Source of the DNA: an uncultured Alphaproteobacteria bacterium
GTDB taxonomy: Bacteria; Pseudomonadota; Alphaproteobacteria; HIMB59; GCA-002718135
Assembly: GCA_902540265.1 (NCBI GenBank)
Contig: CACBLW010000001.1
Location: forward strand, 66,687-130,686
Direction of reading: 5' to 3'
Length of the DNA stretch: 64,000 nt
Positions 51,894 through 58,724 of this stretch are shown piece after piece. Position numbers and translations under genes: made by a program. The notes beneath the pieces were generated by a model that saw only the letters and a program-made list of their open reading frames with translations, was not told where the DNA came from and ran no database searches. Position 1 is the first letter of the stretch, and every line of letters begins with the position of its first letter.

Positions 51894-51981
51894 TAAATAT
51901 TTACTTAATAAATATTATTATAAATTTGATCAATCTTATTAAAGTTGGAATTGAATTTATTTTCTAATAAGTTAATTATAA

Positions 51982-52557
51982 ATGAAAATGGAAGAAAATA
52001 TTGTAGACTATCTCTTACATCTTTTGAAAACAAAAGGTGCTGATATTCAATATGGTAATGAGGATGTGACACAGCTTGAGCACGCACTCCAATGCGCTGA
52101 ACTTGCTGAAAAAAATAAATTACCAGGACCAACAATTGCTGCAGCATTACTGCATGATGTTGGCCACCTTATCTATGAGGACGGCGATCCCATTCATGAA
52201 GGGAAAGATGGTCATCATGAAAATTTAGGTGCTGATTTTTTAAAAAAATATTTTGGTGAGGATGTTATTTTACCAATTAGAGCACATGTTGACTCAAAAA
52301 GATATTTATCAAGTGTTGAAGAAGGTTATTATGATAGTCTATCAGAAGCATCGAAACTTTCGTTAAAAGTTCAAGGTGGTCCTTTCACAAAAGAAGAAGC
52401 AGATGCGTTTATAAGCAAACCTTTTATGGATGAAGCAGTAGAGCTTAGAAGATTTGATGATTTAGCAAAAATTCTAGATAAAAAAACTCCCGATGTTGAA
52501 CATTTCCGTCCCTATTTAGAAGAAGCAAGAGAGTCTTTTTTAGCTAAACAAGCGTAA
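51982..52557 (+). CDS. phnZ: HD-domain phosphonate oxygenase-like protein (PhnZ family)
   Basis: 191 aa. QLEHALQCA, AALLHDVGH, HHENLGADFL and HVDSKRYL align with the diiron ligand blocks of PhnZ as I remember them. Confidence 0.75.
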   Translation: MKMEENIVDYLLHLLKTKGADIQYGNEDVTQLEHALQCAELAEKNKLPGPTIAAALLHDVGHLIYEDGDPIHEGKDGHHENLGADFLKKYFGEDVILPIRAHVDSKRYLSSVEEGYYDSLSEASKLSLKVQGGPFTKEEADAFISKPFMDEAVELRRFDDLAKILDKKTPDVEHFRPYLEEARESFLAKQA

Positions 52558-53082
52558 ATGCAATTAAGCAACTATGATTTTATTGACTCTAAGTCATTTG
52601 CAGGAAAAATTATATTAACTTCTTTCCCAGGTCTTAACTCTAATGGTTTATTTGAAGAAACAATTTTAGCAAACGAATTAGAAATATTTAAAAATAATAA
52701 TTGTAGTTCTATTACTTCTTTTGTTGAAGATAGCGAATTTGAAAAATTGTGTGATAAAACTTTGTTTGTCAAAAATATTTATGAACATAAATTACATTGG
52801 TACCATTTACCCATTTATGACATGGGAGCACCAGATAAAGATTTTAAATATAAATGGGAAACAACAAAAGTTTTATTAAAGAACGAATTGATAGATGGTA
52901 AAAATATAGTCTTACATTGTCGTGGAGGAAAAGGAAGAGCTGGCACTATAGCTGCTATTTTACTTGTTGAATTTAATTATGAAAAACAAGAAGCTATTGA
53001 TTTAGTGCGATCAAGAAGAAAAGGAGCTATTGAGTCAAAAATCCAAGAAGATTTTATTTTTTCTTATCGAGCAGTTAATTAA
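52558..53082 (+). CDS. Dual-specificity / PTP-like CX5R phosphatase
   Basis: 174 aa with the active-site loop HCRGGKGRAGT. Its start abuts the phnZ-like stop (TAAATG). Confidence 0.7.
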   Translation: MQLSNYDFIDSKSFAGKIILTSFPGLNSNGLFEETILANELEIFKNNNCSSITSFVEDSEFEKLCDKTLFVKNIYEHKLHWYHLPIYDMGAPDKDFKYKWETTKVLLKNELIDGKNIVLHCRGGKGRAGTIAAILLVEFNYEKQEAIDLVRSRRKGAIESKIQEDFIFSYRAVN

Positions 53083-54131
53083 AAAGAGACCGTTAAATTA
53101 AAAATATTTTCTAGAATAAATAAAACAATTAAAGAAATTAAAGCTGCAATTATAGGTAGCGTCATCCAACCCAAAGAAATTCTACCTGCAATTGACCATT
53201 GAACCTCTTTTCCTCCTTTTAAAAGACCAATTCCAATTACGCCGCCGACAACAGCTTGGGAACTTGATACTGGTACCAAAGGTATAGAGGGAAGATTTAT
53301 AGATTGTAAAAAAGCACTTATACCCTGGGATGCAAATAAAAATAAAACAATAGAATGCGATATAACAACAATAAATGCTGCCACTGGTGTCATTTTTAAG
53401 AGATCATTACCCACGGTAAACATAACTCTTTTCGAGTAAGTAAAAACACCAACAGCTATTGCTAAACCACCCAGCAGAAATAATTGTTCTTTTGAGGAAA
53501 AGACAAATAAATTTCCAATAGTAACATCAGTAAACGGTGATATAGGTACGAAGACACCCATTACATTGGCAATATTGTTTGCACCTAAACTATAAGCACC
53601 AAAAGCACCCGCTAAAAGTAAAGCTGTTCTTGTATAGGCATCAAGTCTGAGAATATGTAACTTTCTATTGAGTATAACTCTTTTTGTAAAAGTAAATAAA
53701 CCCATTGCAATAACTCCTGCAATGATAGGGCAGAGTATCCATGTTCCTAAAATAGTAATTAAAACTTGAAGATTAGTTGAAGATCCCGTGTATAAATTCC
53801 AACCAACAATTGCTCCAACAATCGCTTGCGTTGTTGAAACAGGCAAGCCAACTTTGGTCATTAAATAAACGGATATGCCTGCAGCCACACATGCTGCAAA
53901 GGCACCAGGTAATGCATTAATAGCACCTAACTTACCTAAAGTTTCTGTTGTTCCTGCTCCACTAATAATTGCACCTAGAATAACAAAGACACTACAAATT
54001 ATTGCTGCACTTGTGAAACTAACCATTCGTGTTCCAACTGCAGTTCCAAAAACATTTGCTGCATCATTGGCACCAAGTGACCAACCTAAAAAAAAACCAC
54101 CAAATAAAAAAATTAGAATTGTAATTTCCAT
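53079..54131 (-). CDS. pit: Inorganic phosphate transporter, PiT (PHO4) family
   Basis: 350 aa. The motif GANDAANVFGTAVG occurs at the N-terminus and GANNIANVMG in the repeat. The protein is polytopic. Confidence 0.9.
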   Translation of the reverse strand: MEITILIFLFGGFFLGWSLGANDAANVFGTAVGTRMVSFTSAAIICSVFVILGAIISGAGTTETLGKLGAINALPGAFAACVAAGISVYLMTKVGLPVSTTQAIVGAIVGWNLYTGSSTNLQVLITILGTWILCPIIAGVIAMGLFTFTKRVILNRKLHILRLDAYTRTALLLAGAFGAYSLGANNIANVMGVFVPISPFTDVTIGNLFVFSSKEQLFLLGGLAIAVGVFTYSKRVMFTVGNDLLKMTPVAAFIVVISHSIVLFLFASQGISAFLQSINLPSIPLVPVSSSQAVVGGVIGIGLLKGGKEVQWSIAGRISLGWMTLPIIAALISLIVLFILENIFNLTVSF

Positions 54132-54137
54132 TGAAAA

Positions 54138-54800
54138 TTAAACGGAACGTTTAATAGCGTAAATTTGAACCTCGTCAGCTATGTCTTCTGCTTGATCACA
54201 AATACGATCAATTTTTTCTACAAAATATCGAAGATGCATTTTTTGATCTAGAGGTAATTCAGAATCAAAAATTCTTCTTGCAAGTGAACTAAATTTTATA
54301 TCAGATTCTTTTTCATAAAAAGTTACTTTATGAGCATTATCTCTAACAGATTTAATATCTCTAAAAAATGATCGGACAGTCAAACAAAGTGACTCAACAC
54401 AATTTACAACAGTCTCTGTTAACTCAATAAGATCTTCATGAAATTCTTTTGGAAAATTAGGTTTTTGAATAGAGAAGTGATAGCAATTTCCTTGGTACAT
54501 TCCAATTAATTCGTCGATGTGTTCTAGAAGTCGTAACACATCACTTCTTGCATCTGGGATTAGTGTTTCTTCATAAAGAGTATGCTCAACATCTTTTGTA
54601 ATTTTGTCGGCCTTACTTTCCATTTCTTTAACTTTTTCAACCATTTCCTCAAATTTACCATTGGCGGAATGATTGAGATAAGTTGGAACTATCGATTTAA
54701 ATACCAAACCTACTTCAGAGACAATATCAACAAACTCATCAATTTCTCTTTCAAGCTTTTTGGTATCACCAAATAATGATGCACTTTTTAATCCAAACAT
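54138..54800 (-). CDS. DUF47 / PhoU-like Pit accessory protein (TIGR00153 type)
   Basis: 220 aa and helical. It lies upstream of pit in the canonical pairing. Confidence 0.8.
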   Translation of the reverse strand: MFGLKSASLFGDTKKLEREIDEFVDIVSEVGLVFKSIVPTYLNHSANGKFEEMVEKVKEMESKADKITKDVEHTLYEETLIPDARSDVLRLLEHIDELIGMYQGNCYHFSIQKPNFPKEFHEDLIELTETVVNCVESLCLTVRSFFRDIKSVRDNAHKVTFYEKESDIKFSSLARRIFDSELPLDQKMHLRYFVEKIDRICDQAEDIADEVQIYAIKRSV

Positions 54801-54923
54801 GGCGTGCTTATAGAACTTTTCAAAAAAAAAGAAAGAAATGTTAAATTTTTGTTACAATTTGATTAATATCTTTATCTTTAAGTAAAGTGTAATATTCGCA
54901 ATCTATAGAATTTAGGAGAAGAT

Positions 54924-55151
54924 ATGACAGATTTATCAATTAATAGAATTAAGTGGTTTAGCACCGCGTTAATTTTATCAGGAATATTATTAACCAATTT
55001 AAATGCGTATCCAATTAACATAATTATTCACGGTACAGGTGCTGTTGGTTGGTCAATTGTTGGTTATATGACAAAAGATAGAGCTCTGCTCACAAACTTT
55101 GGTTTACAACTCCCACTATTTATTTTTGGATATATTTATTTGCTAACATGA
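54924..55151 (+). CDS. Small 3-TM membrane protein (75 aa)
   Basis: A GGAGAAG RBS is present and there are three hydrophobic segments. Its stop overlaps the arsC-like start (ATGA). Confidence 0.45.
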   Translation: MTDLSINRIKWFSTALILSGILLTNLNAYPINIIIHGTGAVGWSIVGYMTKDRALLTNFGLQLPLFIFGYIYLLT

Positions 55152-55567
55152 AAAATAAAAATATTCTTTTTATGTGTGTTGCTAATTCAGCAAGAAGTCA
55201 AATGGCTGAAGGAATTGCAAAAAAATTATATCCTAATTGCATTATTCAAAGTGCAGGATCAGTGCCCAAAGAAGTTAATCCTAATGCTATCGAGGTTATG
55301 GGTGAAATCGATATTGATATATCAAAACATTATTCAAAAGATTTTGAAAGCTTAGACAACAAATTTAGAGATGAATTAAATACCGTTTTTACGCTTTGTA
55401 AAGAAGAGGTATGTCCAGTTTTAAATTCCAAAGCTCAGATATTTTCAATACCATTTGATGATCCGGCATCAGATCATTTTAGTTCAAACCAATTAGATAA
55501 ATTTAGAGAAGTAAGAGATTCAATTTTTGATAAATTGAAAGAACTAAAAAATTTATTTGAGAATTAA
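55148..55567 (+). CDS. arsC: LMW-PTP-fold arsenate reductase-like protein
   Basis: 139 aa with the P-loop CVANSARS (CX5R) and a second Cys pair, LCKEEVCP, as in thioredoxin-coupled ArsC. Assignment as ArsC rather than LMW-PTP is not certain. Confidence 0.65.
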   Translation: MKNKNILFMCVANSARSQMAEGIAKKLYPNCIIQSAGSVPKEVNPNAIEVMGEIDIDISKHYSKDFESLDNKFRDELNTVFTLCKEEVCPVLNSKAQIFSIPFDDPASDHFSSNQLDKFREVRDSIFDKLKELKNLFEN

Positions 55568-55704
55568 TGAAGTTAAAAATTAATTAAATTTATAAAAATT
55601 TAATATTCCATTAATCTATTTGTAAACAATAAAATTTAAATGTTTCTTACCACTCACAGTATTATTTCCTCCTGCTAATTACCAATAATTGTGAGTGGGA
55701 TTAA
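55508..55704 (+). repeat. Direct repeat copy A (last 20 codons of the arsC-like gene plus a downstream hairpin element)
   Basis: It aligns end to end with 58520-58715, at roughly 80-85% identity by my hand alignment. The first 20 nt are identical, and so are several 15-20-nt blocks. Confidence 0.85.
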
Positions 55705-55778
55705 TTTTTTATTTCTCCTTTTTCGAGTACTTTAACAATTGTTTAACATTATAAAATTAAGAATTTAAAGTAAATTTT

Positions 55779-56621
55779 ATGAAAATTAATAAACCAGCGC
55801 TTACCTTTTCTAACTCCGAAGTTAATCCTGTTGGAAAGATTATTATTCAATTAACCGAATTGGGAACGGGTAAAATTAAGTTACGTAAGTTGTATGAGGA
55901 TTATTTAAGAGAAAATTTACCTCCAGAGAATTTTTGGCATGATGCAATTGAAAGATTAGGTCTCCGTATTCAGACACATTATCATTCTAAAAGTAATATT
56001 CCTAAAAATGGCAAACTTGTCGTAATCGCTAACCATGCATTTGGAATAGCTGATGGTCTTACAATATGCTCTTTAATTAGTAAAATTAGACAAGATTACA
56101 AAATTATTACGCATAAAGTTTTACAAGGAGCAGATCTTATTAAGAATAAAATTATTCCTCTTGATTTTTCAAAAAATAGAAATGCTTTAATAAATAATAT
56201 CGCTGCACGTAAAGAATGCGAAGAACACTTAAGAAATAATGGGGCACTAATCATTTTTCCATCAGGATCAGTTTCAACGAAACCAAAATTAAAAAAAGGA
56301 ATCAAAGCAATAGATCGTGAATGGAAACAATTTACTTCAAAAATAATAATGAAAACTCAATCACCTGTCCTCCCAATTTTTTTTGAAGGACAAAATAGCG
56401 AACTTTTTCATGTTGCTGATAAAATTGGGCAAGTCTTTCGATATTCTTTAATGATATATGAACTTAAAAGAAGAATGGGAAAAAAAATTGATGTTCATAT
56501 TGGACAAAGAATACCCTTTGAAACCATAAAAGAAATTGGCAATCTTATTGAGATTACAAAATTTTTAAGGAATAGCACTTATAGATTAGATCCAAGTAAT
56601 AAAAACTCAATATTTAATTAA
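55779..56621 (+). CDS. PlsC-superfamily acyltransferase (aminolipid/lysolipid O-acyltransferase-like)
   Basis: 280 aa with ANHAFGIADG (acyltransferase His-Asp block) and FPSGSVS (FPEG-like block). Confidence 0.7.
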   Translation: MKINKPALTFSNSEVNPVGKIIIQLTELGTGKIKLRKLYEDYLRENLPPENFWHDAIERLGLRIQTHYHSKSNIPKNGKLVVIANHAFGIADGLTICSLISKIRQDYKIITHKVLQGADLIKNKIIPLDFSKNRNALINNIAARKECEEHLRNNGALIIFPSGSVSTKPKLKKGIKAIDREWKQFTSKIIMKTQSPVLPIFFEGQNSELFHVADKIGQVFRYSLMIYELKRRMGKKIDVHIGQRIPFETIKEIGNLIEITKFLRNSTYRLDPSNKNSIFN

Positions 56622-56699
56622 TACTTCTGTAAAAAAAAAATTTAGTTAATGTAATTGAAATAAAATTTTAACAAATTCTTTCTATTATTTATTAATAAA

Positions 56700-57506
56700 A
56701 TGAAAGATCAGCAATCAGTTTCATATTATAGAACTATATGGATATCTGATCTTCATCTTGGAACAGAAAATAGCAAGAGTGAAATGCTTCTTGAATTTTT
56801 GAGATCAACAGATTCAAAATATTTATTTTTAGTTGGCGATATTATTGATGCATGGAGAATGAAAAAAAAAATTTATTGGCATCAAACTCATAATGACATT
56901 ATCCAGAAGATTTTGCGTAAAGCAAGAAAAGGTACAAAAGTAATATTTATCCCAGGTAATCATGACGAACTTGTGAAAAGTTACACAAGTTTTTCACTAG
57001 GGAATATATCAATAAAAAATAAGTTTACACACAAATTAGCTGATGGAAGAAATGCCCTTGTTTTACATGGTGATGAATTTGATGCAGTTATATTAAACGC
57101 TAAATGGCTGGCAAGTATTGGGTCATCTCTATACGAATTTATATTAAAGTTGAATAACTATCTAAATTTTGTCAGAAGAAAACTAGGTCTATCTTATTGG
57201 TCATTATCTCAATTTCTCAAACATCAAACAAAAAGAGCCACGAATTTTATTTCTAACTTTGAGTTTGCCGTATCTGATAGTGCTAAAAGAGCAAATGCTG
57301 ATGTTGTTGTGTGCGGCCATATTCATAAGCCCATTATAAAAAAATTAAATGGAGTTTTATATTGCAATGATGGTGATTGGGTTGAGAGTTGTTCTGCGCT
57401 AGTGGAAAATAATGAGGGACAATTATCCCTTATTGACTGGTCAATTGAAAGAGAAAAAATTTTTCAACATAAACATAACAAACTAGCAGAAAGTGTATTA
57501 GTGTGA
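56700..57506 (+). CDS. plcP: LpxH-like metallophosphoesterase, PlcP-type phospholipase C candidate
   Basis: 268 aa. Motifs ISDLHLG, VGDIID, GNHD and GHIH are present. It is directly coupled to a GT4 glycosyltransferase, as in the published plcP-agt phosphate-stress lipid-remodelling pair. Confidence 0.75.
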   Translation: MKDQQSVSYYRTIWISDLHLGTENSKSEMLLEFLRSTDSKYLFLVGDIIDAWRMKKKIYWHQTHNDIIQKILRKARKGTKVIFIPGNHDELVKSYTSFSLGNISIKNKFTHKLADGRNALVLHGDEFDAVILNAKWLASIGSSLYEFILKLNNYLNFVRRKLGLSYWSLSQFLKHQTKRATNFISNFEFAVSDSAKRANADVVVCGHIHKPIIKKLNGVLYCNDGDWVESCSALVENNEGQLSLIDWSIEREKIFQHKHNKLAESVLV

Positions 57507-58498
57507 AAAAATTAGCGATCATTACCGATGCTTGGCTTCCCCAAGTTAATGGTGTGGTAAATACATACCAACATATTAATCCATTTTTAAAACAAAAGTA
57601 TCAAATTGAAGTACTCCACCCAATGATGTTTACTAATTTTAGTTATCCTTGGTATAAGGAAATAAAAATAGCAATTAATACAAAAAAAATAACAGAAAAA
57701 TTTTTTGGTGATTATGATCCAGATGTTATACATATTGCCACTGAAGGACCAGTTGGAATTGCGGGGAAAAAATTCTGTGAGAATAATAAGTTGAGATATA
57801 CAACCTCTTTTCATACGAGATTTCCAGAATATATAGAGCAAAGAATAATGATACCAAAAATAATTGGGTACTCTTTTTTAAAAAATTTTCATAAAAATGC
57901 ATGTAATGTATTGGTCCCAACAATATCTATGCGTAACGAATTAACTAAATATCAATTTCAAAATCTTAAAATTTGGTCAAGGGGAGTTAATACTGAATTA
58001 TTTAATCCTTTAAAAAGAAAAAAGGGAATGAAAAAGTATATTGTTTACATTGGTAGGGTTTCATTAGAAAAAAACATCGAAGCGTTTTTAGAAATAAGAA
58101 CTAAGATGCATAAAATTGTTGTTGGAGATGGTCCAGAAAAGCAACGATTACAAAATAAATATCCACATGTGTCTTTCGTTGGGATGAAAAAAGGTCAAGA
58201 CCTAGCAAACTATTATGCAAATGCTGAAGCATTGGTATTCCCATCCAAAACAGATACATTTGGAAATGTAATTTTAGAGTCTTTAGCCTCTGGCACACCA
58301 GTGGCTGCTTACCCAGTAACAGGTCCTAAAGATATTTTAAAAAACTCATTAATTGATAGCCTTGATAATAATATTGAAAACTCACTTAATAAAGCCTTAA
58401 AGATTGATAGAAAAGATTGTAGAAAATTTGCAATGCAATTTACTTGGGATAAATGTGCAAATCAATTTCTATCAAATGTTGTAAATGCAAAAAATTAA
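57503..58498 (+). CDS. agt: GT4 glycosyltransferase (glycosyl-diacylglycerol synthase, Agt-like)
   Basis: 331 aa. PQVNGV, GRVSLEKN and the FPS.TDTFGNV.LE (EX7E-like) motif are present. It overlaps the plcP stop by 4 nt. Confidence 0.8.
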   Translation: MKKLAIITDAWLPQVNGVVNTYQHINPFLKQKYQIEVLHPMMFTNFSYPWYKEIKIAINTKKITEKFFGDYDPDVIHIATEGPVGIAGKKFCENNKLRYTTSFHTRFPEYIEQRIMIPKIIGYSFLKNFHKNACNVLVPTISMRNELTKYQFQNLKIWSRGVNTELFNPLKRKKGMKKYIVYIGRVSLEKNIEAFLEIRTKMHKIVVGDGPEKQRLQNKYPHVSFVGMKKGQDLANYYANAEALVFPSKTDTFGNVILESLASGTPVAAYPVTGPKDILKNSLIDSLDNNIENSLNKALKIDRKDCRKFAMQFTWDKCANQFLSNVVNAKN

Positions 58499-58519
58499 TT
58501 TTAAAATTATAGTTACTAA

Positions 58520-58715
58520 GAAGTAAGAGATTCAATTTTCAAAAATTGAAGGAACTAAAAAATTTATTTGAAAACCAATAAATTAAAAAATTAGTTTAAT
58601 TTATAAAAATTTAATATTCTATTAACACGTCTGTAAAAAATAAAATTTAATTACATCTTACCACTCGCAGTATTATTTCTTCCTGCTTATGTCCAATTAT
58701 TGTGAGTGGGATTAA
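58520..58715 (+). repeat. Direct repeat copy B (decayed arsC 3'-end relic plus hairpin element)
   Basis: It has the same order and orientation as copy A. The coding-derived part reads EVRDSIFKN* and has no upstream ORF. Confidence 0.85.
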
Positions 58716-58724
58716 ATTCCATTT

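Noticed and set aside
51894-51981. AATATTTA-N5-TAAATATT inverted repeat in the phnW/phnZ divergent spacer as an operator
   Set aside because: It is a pure A/T palindrome of 8 bp, which is expected frequently by chance at this base composition. There is no regulator gene nearby to support it.
51905-52147. 80-aa minus-strand ORF across the phnW/phnZ spacer
   Set aside because: It overlaps the 5' part of the well-supported PhnZ-like gene in antisense and has no RBS.
55640-55678. Minus-strand mini-ORF in the repeat hairpin (AGGAGG, 10 nt, GTG, 13 codons)
   Set aside because: In copy B the would-be start is GCG and the SD is AGGAAG, so coding is not conserved. The G-U-compatible change argues for plus-strand RNA structure instead.
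55508-58715. CRISPR array or IS element as the explanation for the repeated 197-bp unit
   Set aside because: There are only two copies, 3 kb apart, in direct orientation. There are no short regular spacers, terminal inverted repeats, transposase or cas genes.
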